A DNA stretch of 64,000 bases from Marsupella aquatica (lineage: Eukaryota > Plantae > Marchantiophyta). Below, one piece after another: positions 1-15,217 of this stretch. Under the pieces are notes generated by a model. That model made no database searches. It was given only the letters and a program-made list of their open reading frames with translations, and was not told the origin of the DNA. The stretch's first letter is position 1. Each line of letters opens with the position of its first letter. The position numbers and the translations under genes were made by a program. The DNA is taken from positions 19,692,805-19,756,804 of the forward strand of contig OZ316894.1 of the NCBI GenBank assembly GCA_973895155.1, written 5' to 3'.

Positions 1-415
1 GTCTCTGGCATGACATGGAATTGCTGCTTTTTCCATTACAGATGCGAATTCCGTGGGGGATCCTTGCTGGAGAAGGAGATTCGGTAATCGCCCACTACCA
101 CCATAATAGCTGCTGCTCGTTGGCGAAGAAGCGACGGAGTGGATTCCTGAATGGGAATGCTGCCTTCAGCAGATTGCACGGTGATAAAGAACCTGCAGCT
201 TTTGATGTGGAAAGGGGTGTGGGATCTCGTTGATTGGATGAGGATGGGATGCGGTTGGGTCTGAGTTCTAGTAGCGTTGCTTTTTGAACAAATGTTTGTT
301 TCAGTCAGACCGCTCATGAGACCCTCGTTCTCTGCTTGATCTGGATGAATCGGTCGATGCCGAGCAACACCTTCCGCTCGAGGGAAATTCTTGCGACATG
401 GAATCATAGTTACAC

Positions 416-437
416 AGATAGATAGATAGATAGATAG
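416..437 (+). repeat. (AGAT)n microsatellite
   Basis: cagatagatagatagatagatag. Confidence 0.8.
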
Positions 438-964
438 GGTGAGGGAGAGATTGGTGTGTTGTCACCAACAACATCTTTCTTGGGCATCCAGCGGAAGCCC
501 GCAGTCAATGGGCTCCGTTCGTTGTTGTTAAACCGTGCTCTGTGGCACGGGAAGAATCTGGTTGCGGAACTCACCACGCAACACAACGCCCCAAAGCCTC
601 TACCTCTGGGGTTTGGAACTTAGATCAAAATTGGTTTTGGATGTTGGGTTGGGGTATGGGTATGGGTATGGTGCATATGATGACGTTGACGATGACACAC
701 TGGAAGAACTATGGGTGACCGAAGCAACAGCAATTTAGTTGGGAGCATGAATTGTTTTTGTACAACTTTCCCATTCTTGGGATTGTAGGTTTCACGTGAA
801 CGACAGAAAATTGCTCAAGGCCATAATGCTCTGCGGGAACTGAACTTATAACGTATTGGGACAGATTAGTATTAGAGAAGAAGAAAATTGTTGTGCCCTA
901 GAGTTGTTTGTTGTCGGACGAGTCTCAAGCAACAGAGAGAGCGACCTCAACAAAAGCAACAACC

Positions 965-3900
965 ATGGGGCTTCCGCACGAGGAAGTGGTAGCGGAGGGT
1001 GCTGTGGTGGTGGGGCGTGGCGCTGGTGAAGGATCCCAGCAGCCCCACTACTACCGAACGGAGGAGATCAACGACATCAACAGCAGACGGGTCGGTAGTA
1101 GTGGTAGTCATGAGAGAGGAGGGGCAACTCCGGCGACTGTGATAAAAGGGGTGGATCCTGTGGGCCGGAAGGGGTTTATCGAGTTTTGTGAATGTGGCAG
1201 CAGGAGTGGGAGTGCCAGCCTATCTCCCGACCAGCCATACAATGCAGCCCATAGCAATGACCTCGAAGAAGAAGGGGTTTGGGAATATGGGTATCCTCCA
1301 GTCGTCGGTGGTGGGAGAGGCCAGGTTAATGGCCGTTCTCTCAAAACCCTTCAAAGTACAGGCGCACCCTCGTCCATCATCGTGGGCTTTGACTCTCCTC
1401 GGGCTACTTGTTCGCCACAATTAAAACCCTCCTTAATTGTAAGCAGGGAGTCCGCATTTACTGGTTTGCAGCCAGATTGTGGCAGCAGTCTTGCTTCCCC
1501 CCGTGGCGAATACCATGGATCTTCCACAAGGAAAGGGACATCTTCTCCCCTCGCCAGCATGCTGTCGTCTGAACAGAATGACGGAATTTTGGAATTTTCT
1601 GCAGAGGAGGAGTCCGATTCGTGTAAGGAGAGGGTCAGTCAGGATGACGACGAAGACGATGCTGTGAGTAGTCCAATTATAGTCACCGGGCTGTTCAACA
1701 GGGACCGAGTCCCGGTTACAGTAGATGGAAGCAATCCAGTTCCCATACCTGGAGCAGTAGATAGGAATCGCAGTGGAGTGATAACTAGGGAAACTGATGG
1801 GCCTGTGCTCTCCCCTAGAGTGGTAGTGAATTACAGACAACCGCAGCGCTCTGATCTCCCTTCGGCGTTCTCAGCCAGTAATCCAGGGAGGTTGGTGGAG
1901 CAATGCAGGCTTGGAAACAGTGACTGTACCTCGAAATGGTCTCCCTCTCCGCGACCAGGAATGTCTTCATTCTTGTCGTTGTCTCCACTCGGTCCACGAT
2001 GGCCCTTACCTTCAAAAGGTAACGAGCATAGTCATGGGAGATTTTGGGAGTCTAACTCTGAATTGATTTCTCCTCCAAGGCGGTTGCCGAATTGGCCTAC
2101 TGAACAAGAGACTAGACAAGGACAAGGAACGGAAGACGACATTAATGCACATACTTCGGTATCTTTGTTTGATGAATCCGGATTCGGTTGTAAATACATT
2201 TCACCTGTTACACCTCGAAAACAAGGTATGCCCGGGAGTGGTGTGAAGTGGGGTTCAGAGTCCACCTCTGCACCCTCGCTGGTTGGCACAAAAAGTCCTG
2301 GGGGCTCAGCTGGGCTGCCGATCAGGCGGTCTCTTGTGGGTTCTTTTGAAGAGTCTCTGCTTTCAGGACGCTTTCTAGCAGGGAAGCCCTGTCAGGTACA
2401 TTCACAGACACGCGATTGCTAAATTGTAAATGACATATAATCTAGGGATTGACGCTGCCACGCTTTTCAACTATGTCATGATATCTTGTTATCTGATTGT
2501 TGGTGTAGAACAACCATCCTGTGCGGACTGTTAATAGTTATTTGATGGCCTTGTCAATGAGGGCTGTAACATTGCTCGAAATTGTGCCCAGACATTTCCT
2601 GAGAAGTCTACTGTATCTGCTCTGCGATATGAACGGTAGCAGTACGTCCCCACTGTACTGAACATGTGAGCAGTGAAACTTGATTTCTTATCTAGTTTTA
2701 TTGGAATGGTTGTCCAGAGACTGGATGGGTTCTTGGCATCGCTCATTGTTACAGGAGGAGGTTGGTCAGCGCCGTCACGAAAGCTTCCATTCAGTGTCAC
2801 ATGTGTTGATGGAGATAGCTCTCTTCTGTATTATGCGTCAATTGACCTCGCGGGGACCCCTGCCGGATGTAAGTCAATTGCCGAGAAAACACCTACCCAA
2901 GAGGGTCCTCGAGGAAACCGAAGCCGGATTCGGATACCTGCCCAAGGGCGAGTGCAACTGGTAACTTTCCTTAACTCACTTGACGTGCTCTGACAAGATA
3001 ATGGTGCTTGGTCTAATGTGGCCAACTACGGTCTACTTCTCTTGAAGCTAGGCTCTTCTCGGCAAAGTTTTGAATATCAACTGCTGATGAGGAAGTGGAT
3101 CTGCTTAGGTGCTGAGCAACCCAGAGAAGACTCCTGTACACACGTTCATTTGTAGTTATGACCTCTCCGACATGCCACCAGGCACCAAGGTTTGCTTTAT
3201 CTCCCACAAGCTCTTCTTCTCAGTTACCAGTTTTGTACACATGCGTACACATGCGGAGTTGGTCCCCACACGTCATGAGAATAGCACATTCTTCATGGCG
3301 ATCGTTAGCCTTCCTTTCCAAAAATTGCTGCATTATCTAGAACTATATCTTCATGACAAAAAACATTAACAGCGATTTGTGTGTGGAATTTTTTCTCTTA
3401 ACACCTACAACCCGTAGGTGGGTTAGAGCTGTAAGATGAATCTGCCTTTCTGGTCTGGTCCTAAACTCTTGTCGATTTGGCTGTTTTCCGTCTTTCTTGC
3501 GAATGTCACAGACGTTTTTGCGGCATAAGGTATCTTTGGCTGCAAGTGGGTCCACATTTATAAAGAAGGAAAGGTTCTCTACTCTAGGAAGCCCAAAACA
3601 TTTCTCAGACCCCTCAGACTCTATACGTTCCTGTCCAAAATGTAATTGCTCTAATGCGAATGGAAGCAATAGCTTCCTCAACGATGGAACAAAATTGTAC
3701 AGCAGATTGGAAGAGAAAGAAAGGGGCATCAAATTGAGAAATGTTGGAGACTCAGAGGAGCAGTGCAGTAATAAAAATAGCCCACACTCAAGATCATGTA
3801 GCTGTTCGGGAACCTGCAATCACAAGCCTTCACATGTAGATGAGAGTTCCAAACGGATGTCCTTTAGTTCAGCTGGGTATGAGAAGTACAGAAATGATGG

Positions 3901-5763
3901 AGACACAAGCTTGGAGGATGGATCTCATTTCCAGAGGAACACGGATATGGCACATATATATGACCACGTTGTAAATAAAAAAGATCAACGGTTGCAAGGA
4001 ACCAGACCTGTAACTCGCTCAGATACAGATGTTCCCGTAGACCGAGGGAAACCGCTCAGTACTCCCAAGACTTTAGAAAGTGGCACCTCTGTACTTCGGT
4101 ACGCACTCCACCTTCGCTTTATGTGCCCATCACTTAAAAGCTCGGCAAAGGATAGAAACGCTGTTTTCACTGGCGAGCACGCGCCAGAGGCCTGCAAAAT
4201 ACCTCCATCTGGTGGAAACAAGGGTTCTGAGATGAAGGGTGAACGACGCTTCTACATCTATGGAGACCTTCGAGTTGTCTTTCCACAGAGGCAATCTGAT
4301 TCGGACGAGGGGAAGGTATGATTTATAATCCCCAGTGAAGCTGGTTTGTGACTAGTATTTGTTGATGATGATGCTCGTGATACTTACGGTTGGCCTCCAT
4401 ACTTGCAACCAATATATGCTGATTCAATGCTTTCTCGACTAAGAATATCCAGATTGTGCATTTCGAAATTTGGAACACCATGAAGTGAAAGAATTAGAAG
4501 ACTAAGACTTACTAAATTGAATCTTCACGTTGATAATGCTCTTGATGGGTTACGTTAGTTTTTCTTGACGCCTGCTTAAAGGAAGATGGTTTACGTGCAT
4601 GTCATGGAAGTCAGTGTGTCCCAAACAATGCAAGTAATTCAGGTAGGTCCCTCAAGGGGCTATCTAGGGTAGCAAAGACTACTGAGTTACTTTCATGCGC
4701 AGAAAGGCAGTCTGGTACGAATTCTAGTCAGGATTGGAAGGAGAATGCCGAAAAGAGTAACGTCCAACTCAGCTCAGCCATTTCTTTTAGAGTGGAACCT
4801 CAGCCACGTATCGTTTCAGACTAGACTCCTAATGAAATGCGTGATGGCACCTTGTAGATAGACTTAAACGTGGGCTTGTGAGTGCAAGTGATCTGTCACG
4901 TCTCATTTTAGGAGGGCCTTTCTAGGCTGGCTGCAAGCTACGCAACATGACAGAGACCTCGTTTACCCACCTTTCATGTAGATATAAGAATCTTGGTGCG
5001 GAAAGTTCCTCAGATCTTTTAGGGGCATCCTTAACTCCTTCCCCAGAATTTCCTATGTTGTAAGAGGCCTGTTGCTTGGCAATTTTACCTACGACTTCAT
5101 GGGAACTTGGGAATAATGGACGCAGAAGACTTGCGAATATAGCATTTCTGCTGCTTTGTTTCATATTTCAACAGATCTCCTTCAAATTGCGATTGGTCTG
5201 CCAGTTAACATAGACACCAAGCAATTCAGTTTGGAATTTAGATCAACCTGCTCGTCTCAACCTCAGTTCCAGACTACTGTGTTAGGCGTTGATGCCCTGC
5301 GCTGAAGACCCAGATGGGTTTAAACGCTTTTACTTGGAGTATGGGGGGCATTGCTACAAGAGTTTAAACTGAAAAATAAAATGTAAAACCTGTTTCATTA
5401 TTTGCTCGTATGTTTGCATGATCTGTGACCTGCTCAGTTTGGATTCCTGCCTGGTTGTCATTTGAAGTTGACTTGCGGATTTTTGCTCAATCAATAGTAA
5501 ATTCCGAAGAAAATGGTTCTTGAGGTGTACGAGGAATGTTTCTTCCATGTTTGTCGCTACAGTTCAAATCTTGTTGTGTTTAAACTGAGGACCCGTATCT
5601 TAAGTTCTGTCAATCATATCTCTGCCTATGTGTTTAAACGTGACTTATGATGGTGAGCCGGAGGTAATTGATGTCATTTTCGGGTGGGAATTGGTCAATG
5701 TGGCAGCTGCAAGTGGAGTACGATTTTCCAGCAAATCCCAAGTATTTTGAGCACAGCTGCTAG
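965..5763 (+). CDS. FAM214/Atos-like protein (DUF4210 + Chromosome_seg C-terminal domain), 5 coding exons
   Basis: Motifs [124 protein letters not shown] exons in frame: 965-2395, 2718-2960, 3109-3189, 3512-4315, 5707-5763. Confidence 0.88.
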
Positions 5764-6589
5764 CTTATGGTAGAAAGCTGCCTCATGTGTTGGAGTCCCT
5801 GTAGTGCATAGGCCTTCAGGCCACAAGCGGCCTTCTTTTTCGGGGCAATGTGTACTTGCAGCAAGTTTGTGGGGCTCGCTTGTAAATCTGACTGTACATA
5901 ATTTCTTTAAATCACTTCAGTGTTTCATCCTGTTGATGGTTTAATTTCGAATTGGGAAGTAGATGTATATAAATGCATGTGAAATAAATTATTCCTGCAC
6001 CAGGACAGCAAAATGGAGTGGGATTGCAATCATTCAAAGTTCAAAGTTTCGGTGTCCTGTTTTATTCAATGAAGACTCGAATGTTGAGTTGCTAAAAATG
6101 ATGTTGATTGAGGGCGGTAAAGTTAGTCAAGGTAGCATAAAGTCAGTCAAGGTAGCATGCGTCATCCGTGACTGTGAAAGTGTGTGACCACCAGAGCATA
6201 CTATCCTATACAACCGTTTGCTTGAGCGCCGAAAATGGCATACAAGTCAGTATTTCTTCTTTTGGCTTTGTTGTCCACCCTAGCGATTGCAGCATACCAA
6301 ACCTCATGAGATTGAGTTTGCCATCATTCATTTGCATCATCCGGACCTGGCACTCCCAATGATAGACAGCTTTTGGGGCAGTGAGAACCCCTCAAATCCA
6401 GCAGGGTCGAAGAATCTGGGTTCTTCTGTTCTCGGGCTAGTACCCCCGTCCCCCCCTTAGTGGATGTCCTGGTCTTCCCACTCAAAATTTCCGAAGACGT
6501 TCTAGTGCTAGTAAGTAATCTAGAAAAAACCAACAAAGAAGCCTATCTCTTTAGCCCACGCCGATTTTGGCACTGTCAAATGATTTTAC

Positions 6590-6940
6590 TTCCCTCAAAT
6601 GTAGAAGCAAAGACAGAGTAACCGATCCAGAGCCGATGCAACATGTGCTAATTCTGATGTCTTCCCTCAAATGTAGCAGCAAATACCCGAGTAACCGACC
6701 GAGAGCCGGTGTAACAGGTGCTACATTTAATCTTCACTGTACCTTCTATCTGAAGTTACATTTTGGGGAGATATAAGCTTTTTAGCAACTATTTTACCAC
6801 AAACTGTTGTCTCAGAAACCTTCGTGCCTTCGTGATGGCTGTTAGCATAGGAAGGCTATATGATGGAAGGAAGTGGACAATTAATGTGAATCAGAAACCT
6901 TCGTACCTTCATGATGGCTGTTAGAGCATAGGAAGGACGT
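6590..6940. repeat. Two pairs of short degenerate tandem duplications (~71 bp and ~79 bp spacing)
   Basis: ttccctcaaatgtag..gagtaaccga occurs twice; tcagaaaccttcgt..tgatggctgttag..cataggaagg occurs twice. Confidence 0.7.
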
Positions 6941-7916
6941 GAACAATTAAGGTCAAATACAACTACAGCACAACAATTCGGATATTTTAGTTACTATTAT
7001 TACGACTATAATGTTTCTCGAGAAATGCTCATTTGTTCTAAAAGCTTTCACTGGAAGGTTCGTGTTGAGGGTCTCCGTGGCATTATTGCCTCCTTGTCTT
7101 GAGGCTAGGAATGCTTATCAATCTCACAGGAGAAAAGTACAGTGTTCAGTATCCATCAACATTAACTTGATAAAATGTTCACTTCATGAAGGATAAAAAG
7201 GTATAATGTTCACATCTAGGTATGTATAATCTTCACTTCTACCCCTTCTTAATCAAGTACGTGATTGCTTGTAATCTCTATCGTAACCCAGATTCCCACC
7301 TTTCACAACTAGTCATGCTATTGAGAACGGGCAAGGTTGGGCTCTTGTGTTCGATTCTCCGACATACAGAATGCACGGATACAGCTTGCCGGATACAGCT
7401 TACAATAATTGTGGATTCGATTTCCTTTATTAGTTACACATGTTACTCGGAAAGTAAACAGGTGGGAATGGTACATGTTTTGTGTTCACACAGTTCCACG
7501 GATCGTGGCGTTTTGAGAAATTCCTTGCACTAAGGTCATAGATGAAAATCGAGAAGCTTTCGCGTAATTTTGTCACAGAAGTCAGGCTTTTCAACTAATA
7601 AATGTAGCTCCAGAAACCACGAGGTTCTAGTCATTCAACACACCTAGAAAGAACAGATCCACGCATACAAAGAGCATCACTCCTAATCCCATGAAGATTT
7701 CGCTACTATCACAAAATCAAGCTTTCTGGCAAACAAGGATCCCCAAAAATAATTTAAAAAACTTGCAAATTTGCCAAATCCTAAAAGCGAACATTCAAAA
7801 CCAGATTAGGGGTACGCAAGGAGCATCACTCCAAAACTCATCAAACTCCCAAACACACGCAATGTGGCCTAACCTAATTGACGGCCTTAACTCATTCCTG
7901 TATTATCTTCACAGAA

Positions 7917-9222
<1,306 letters not shown>

Positions 9223-9440
9223 GGTGGCGAGCTGGAGAGATTCGAGATAACGAAGTTGATCGGCGAACGCAGCTGCTGCTCGACAGACGACTCGGCGAGG
9301 CGGGCGAGTGAGCGAGAGAGAGAGAGAGTAGAGCTCCTGCCGCTGCTGTTGTCGAGAGCGAAGCTCGCGATGGAGAAAGAGGAGCGATTAGGGGTTCGGT
9401 CGCCAGCAAAGAGCAAGCGCAGCTCTTCCGCGACGCCTCC

Positions 9441-9508
9441 AAACCCTAACCACAACGTTGCAGGAGAGCCGTCGATCTACACGGCAGAATCTCAGTCTGG
9501 TGGGCCCA
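9441..9508. promoter_or_regulatory. Telo-box (AAACCCTAA) plus site II (TGGGCC) module of the RPS23 promoter
   Basis: aaaccctaac at 9441 and tgggccca at 9501, upstream of the RPS23 ATG. This pairing is typical of plant ribosomal-protein promoters. Confidence 0.7.
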
Positions 9509-10554
9509 TAGCCCGAAAGTGTACTATACGCTCGCTCCAATCAAACGGTAATGCGACAGCCGAGTTTCTTTCTCTGTATCCATGCCATCCAGGCTGAACT
9601 ATATGATTTCCATAGATCCCATATGAGCTTAGGAGTCCCGTCCGAGATAAACGTTTTGGGTAGTGATGCCATCTGAGCCTTAGCGATAATGGTAAAGGAG
9701 AGCCGTCGATCTCCTCGCCAAATCTCAGTTTGGTGGGCCCGTGGCGCAAAAGTGGACTATACTCTCTCTCCGATCAAGGATTATATGATAGTTGAGTTGC
9801 TTTACCCTGGATCCATGCCATCCAAGCAGAAGAATATGATTCTGTAGACCCTATTTGAGCATGGGATTCCCATCCGAGTAAAACGTTTCAGATAAGGATG
9901 CCATTTGAGACTTAGCCATGATGTTGCAGGAGAGCCCGTGGATCTCCTAGGAAGAATCTTGGTTTGGTGGGCTCGGCCCCTAATATTATAGTCGTGTTGC
10001 TTTAGTCTATATCCATACCATCCAAGTTAAACATATCCATTTCCATGGAGCACAGGTAAAAGCTTAGGAATCCGACCCAGGCAAAATGTTTCAGATGGGG
10101 ATCCCATCTGAGCCTATAAAACCTTAACCACAATGTTGCAGGAGAGCCGTCGATCTCCAGGAAAGTATCCCGGTTTGGTGGGCCCGGGGCATGAAACTGG
10201 ACTATATCCTCTCCAATCGAATGTTTGAAGGAAATCGTTGGGCTCAAATGGGATTCCAAAATGCTCTTTATATCATAGTTGAGTTGCTTTAGTCTATGTC
10301 CATGCTTTCCAAGCTAAATTATATGTTTCCACAGATCCAATGTGAGCTTAGGAATCCTACCCAAGAGAAATGTTTTGGATGGGGATCCCATCTGAGCCAC
10401 TCAAAGCTTTAACCAAAACATTGCAGAGTAAGTGTTGATCTCCTGGGTGAAATCCCTCCTGGGTGAAATATTGGATTGGTGCTCCCGTGGACACAAAAGT
10501 GAATTCATAGGTGATGAGAAGACACAAAAGTGAATTCATAGGTGATGAGAAAAG

Positions 10555-10720
10555 TATAAATTGTGATGAGAAGCTAGAGTTGGGATCTAGGCTTCTAGAG
10601 TGAAGCCTCTAGATCGTGACTCTAGGCCTCACCAAAACTTATGTGGACTAAAAGATGTTGTGTACAAAAAGATGATCATCATGTTGCATGATGATTTTTG
10701 TCATCATCTCTAATAATATC
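10555..10720 (+). mobile_element. Fragment of a Helitron-like repeat family (5' end region)
   Basis: aagctagagttgggatctaggcttctagagtgaagcctctagatcgtgactctagg matches 44766-44822 (direct) and 14090-14145 (inverted). Confidence 0.55.
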
Positions 10721-11639
10721 CAAAGAATGGGCAATCAGGCCGGTAAGATCTCCTATCAAACCTTTGAACTGAAAGGAAATGCCCAAATTATCTTCATATG
10801 ATAGTCAAACCTGTGATCTATAGCAATAAATCTTTGCATTTTGGGCCGATTGCAGGATTTTTTCCCCCAAAAGGAAATTCTATAGCAAATGAAATCTAAA
10901 TGCTCAATGAAAAACTAGGGAGGACTTTCTGTGTGTTGGACCATATAATTAAGTAGGGTGATGTGGCAAGTCACTTTGCTCCTATATCTTACTGGTAGTT
11001 ATCTTCTTCTACACATATACCTTTATGATGACAATTACTAGACTAGATGATCCACAGAAATCGACGTGGAATGGTGATATAGCATATCATGTGATGTAAT
11101 ACTATAATATAGTCTTTGGATGTGAGGCCCACAGGGGGCTACAAGCTTAGCTTTGAATATATTGCATATGTCACAAGGCATAATATTTGCAGTTGAGGGT
11201 TACTGCATAGCATATATGACAATTATAAACATCAAAATTAACTAATGCAGGGCTCTTTTCATTTGGCTTTGCCAAATAATTTGATAAAGTAGTCAGCACC
11301 AATTTTGAGCATCTCAAACCCTAACCACAACGTTTTAAGAGAGCCTTGATCTCCAGTCAAACCTTTGAACTCAACTGGGGTTCCAAAATGCTCTTTACAA
11401 TTATGATAGTCAAGTTGCTTTACTCTACATCCATGTCATCCAACTTAATATACACATTTCCATATATCCCATCTAAGATTATAGCTCTCAAGGTGACCAC
11501 ATTTTATTTATTATTCTAATTTTGGCACAAAATAAGACCCAATGTTTGGATGAGGTCTTGATCAGAACCCTTCAACTTGAATGGGATCCCAAAATGCTCT
11601 TTGTATGAAAGTCAAGTTTTGTGGTCAGGATATCATGTT

Positions 11640-14170
11640 AGTCTAGGCAAGGCCGCCTAGATAGTGAGCCCTTGTTTGTTAGCTTGATGAACAAGAATAC
11701 AATAGCACTTCTTCAGTGAATGACCAATTAGGGGAAGTTGAGGAGAATTGACCAATTAAGTTCCATCCTGAGTTCCATGAAAACAACATTAATATAACAA
11801 CTAATTGATAGACAAATTAAATGGAAAGGTGAGGAAGTATGGCCAGTGTAAAACCATGTAGGTTGGATTTGATATGGTCATTATTCGTTTGTTCTCCAAG
11901 CCTAATCTTCTAAGCCAACTATTGTAAGCTCGATTGTCCCCTTTCACTGTCTTGCCAATGAGAATTAAAACTCATGAAAACAAGCTTATGAGAAATATTA
12001 TCAGAGCATGTGCATCCATGAGTTGGCAGTGTGCAAAGACATCCTGTATGGGGCACAGCCCGCCTTTTGTCCATCTAGAGCCTTGCTCTGCTTGGAGTCC
12101 TACTTTAACGTTCATGTTTTCAGTAGATTCAATGCCAGCTCATGAATCCTATCTGAGCAAAAGGTTTGGGGGAAAGGAGATTAGTTCCAACATTTTAGCT
12201 TGGTGCCCAAGGTGACCACATTTTTAACAAGAAGTCTTTCCTTCCATCCGTTCAATTGTTGCGCAGGGGGAAACTTGATGATCACACAAATCCAACTGAA
12301 ATTACAGGAGGGGTGGAACATTGGACAGAAAGATGCACTCCACTGTCTCGAGTGTGAACACACACAGACATGTGAGGCAACAACTACTGAGCATGGTTTG
12401 AACTTGGGTGAGGACAACACCAGGCGAATCCGGCTGAATTAATTGTCTAGAAGCTAAATTTGTTCTCTAAAATCTGATACTTCTGAATTACTTTACAAAT
12501 GTTTCAACAGCCAATATTTTGAAAATTACCTAAACCTTTTCATCATAACTCCAAGTTGATGACCTTAAGAAGCATTAGCACCAATTTCATATTTTCTAAA
12601 ACAATGGAAAGATGTGTTAGTTTTTAGAAAACCTATTTGGATATTCTGCACTTTCAGTTATTGTTGAAAGAATTGGGAGACTACTTGGATGCATATCCCT
12701 AGATCTAGCCATTAGATTTAAGCAGAGACAATAACAAACAAGGGCAAAATCTCACTTGTGCTTTGGCCCCAGCTACCGTATATCATTTGAGTAAAACATT
12801 ATGCTTTGAAATGATCTTATGGGGTTCTAATCTATTTGAGTGTCTTGGTAATCCAATCTTCATTTTCATATTCCTCTTCGAAATGATAATTACTTTAACC
12901 AGTTGAATGTTGAGTTACATAATTGGTGTGGTGAGTTTGCTTTGATGTCATGGATAGATAAGCACCATCTGTTATGTCCTAAGGAACCACCTTAACAATT
13001 AAGGTTATGCATAGTAGTACTGTAAAATTATTAAAAATATTTATATAGATTTAAAATGTTTCAGTTATAATATACAAGGTGGGCATCTATACCAAGCAAG
13101 TTTATGAGTAGAACAATGAGGTGCTTATGGCATACTGGGTCTCCCGCTGGGTCTCCAATATACCACCTCAATACATGGTTTGATGTATGGTAGCTCTATA
13201 AGCCATTGACACCGATGGGAGCCCTTAGTCATATGCATTTGAGGATCTTGAACCCTTACTAACAATCCTTGTGGTAACTGGTACTTTGGCTAAACCTAGA
13301 AAGTGAAGCTCAAATAGTTATGTCCAGCCTTCTTAATTACTATAGCATTGAGTTTTTTAACCCGTAGAATTGAATTTGAGATGCAAAATATACATTTGAC
13401 ATTCTGCTCTGAATGTTAAACTTCTCAGATTGCAATCTATGGTGGTGTGGAGCTAAATTACTAGTGTGGAAGAAAATAATCCTGTAAGGATTGGGACATG
13501 ACCATGACTAGTAGTTGTAAGAAACCAAAAACAGGGCATTGTCAACCTCCATATATGTACCTTTTACAATAACCCAACCCAATAACTTTTGGTGATGGTC
13601 TTAACATGGTTTGCTGCTGGATTTCAAACCCATGAACTGTAGTGATAACTTGTTACCAACCTCAATTGTGAAGTTGCTTTTCCTTGTTTCCAGACTTTAG
13701 TGAATTGTCAAGAAATCTTTACCCAACCAAAAAGTTTTCTCACTCTATTTTGGGGTACTTTACCAAAACACTGTCCACCTTCAATTTCAACAAATTAACC
13801 CTGACTACCTGTCTTTGAATGTGAATCATGGAGAGGACAATGAACCAGTCACTAAAGTATATTCCTTAAGTATTCAGATTCTTGAAGATTAATGAAATGA
13901 TAAAAAAATCATCATGCATGTCATCATTTTATAATCATACATAACATATCATCTTACTTTCTATGCACATCACTCTTTCTTTTTGTGCACATAGAGCCCA
14001 TTTTTTGAATGTAAATAGAAATCATGACATGCATGATTATCATTTGACATATGTTATAGCCATGAGTTTTCCCATTCACATGGTGAACCATGGAATTAAG
14101 GTCTACAGGCTTCACTCTAGAAATCTAGACCCAAATTCTAACTTATAATTGACTCTTTATAAATAAGATA
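11640..14170 (-). mobile_element. Degenerate Helitron-like element (the inner boundary at 11640 is uncertain)
   Basis: Minus-strand 5' end a|TCTTATTTATAAAG at ~14168. 13795-14145 matches 44766-45010. Weak PIF1-like remnant QDVFAHCQL (cf. PVFSHGQLYVA) at ~12020-12050. Confidence 0.4.
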
Positions 14171-14289
14171 TATATAAATAAGATAATAATGTTTTGGGGG
14201 CAATTCTAACTTGTAGTTAACTCTTTATAAATAAGATATAAATAAGATAACACTGTTTTGGGGGGCATTTGGCCTCATGTAAAGTTTTT

Positions 14290-14520
14290 CACTAAACTAC
14301 GCCCACATTTTTCTAGAGCTTTATGGAAAGTAGCCAAAATTTGACATCATATAAGTTTTTCAAGAATTTAATGTACTTCCCATTTCACCAAAACTACGCG
14401 CAAATTTGTCCAGCCCACCGTTTATGGAAAGTAACCAAAGATGACCGTAATTAATTTTTTAATGTACGCCCCATTTCACAAAACTACACGCATTCGTTTA
14501 TGGAAAGTGTCCAAAGGTTG
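14290..14520. repeat. Three degenerate ~90-97 bp repeats upstream of the LD-like gene
   Basis: aaactac(g/a)c..ca....tttatggaaagt..ccaaa at ~14294, 14391 and 14481. Confidence 0.7.
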
Positions 14521-15217
14521 CATTGCGATCGCCATTGCGACTGTCGCAATAATAGCTCTTTGTAACATCCCGAGTTTCACACGGCACACGCTCGAAATGC
14601 AGACGTCGTGATTTCGGTTTTCTTGTTGGTTATTGCGATCTTCTAGAGTAGTAGTTTGGTTTTGTTCCCGAAGACGAGAAGAGGGAAGTTTTTCTTTCGC
14701 GCTCATCAAGAAGGATTGCTCGCTTGCGCGGGCTATGGCGACTGAAGCAGAGGCTCGTGTGTGTTCTTTGTGGACCGAATGTTCACGGGCTATAATTTCT
14801 AAGGCATAGTCGTTTGGGTGGTGTGTATGGACGAGCCACCGGGTTTCACGACATGCGGGGCTTCTTCTTCTTCCTCGGTAGGCGGCATCTTGTGAAGTAG
14901 TGCGTCGGAGGGAAATGTTCAGGTGCTGCCTTCTGCGTCGTCCGCGGGAGTCGGCCATATACTCATGCGTGGAGATCAGTAGAGAACTTCATTAATTGTC
15001 TCTTCAGACACAAGTTCGAGGTGAGCTGCGGGGACAGACTTGCAGACGTTGTGTTGTACCTTGTGAAGTTGTTAACAGTTAACCCTATTTTCTGATTGAT
15101 TTGTGGGAGTTTTTCGGCTTGCTTGCGGTTCAAGATAACTTAAGAAGAAGAAGAAGCGCTGCCTGAAAGAAATTCGAATGCGTGGAAGTGAATTGGTTTA
15201 TCTCGTTCACTTTAGGT

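Larger units (their letters stand above)
9440..11620. repeat. Degenerate tandem array (~210-285 bp unit) beginning at the RPS23 telo-box/site II region
   Basis: Core (aaccctaaccacaacgttgc)aggagagccgtcgatct...tggtgggcc recurs at ~9440, 9677, 9908, 10120 and 10405, with detached partial copies near 10740, 11317 and 11555. Confidence 0.85.

Noticed and set aside
4362-4427. Intronic C/D snoRNA (ATGATGA...CTGA)
   Set aside because: Short, the C box is part of a (GAT)n run, and no rRNA-complementary guide was recognised.
9440-10500. CRISPR-like array or telomerase RNA gene
   Set aside because: Whole units are homologous with no unique spacers, the context is eukaryotic with no cas genes, and there is no USE/TATA Pol III promoter near the AAACCCTAA.
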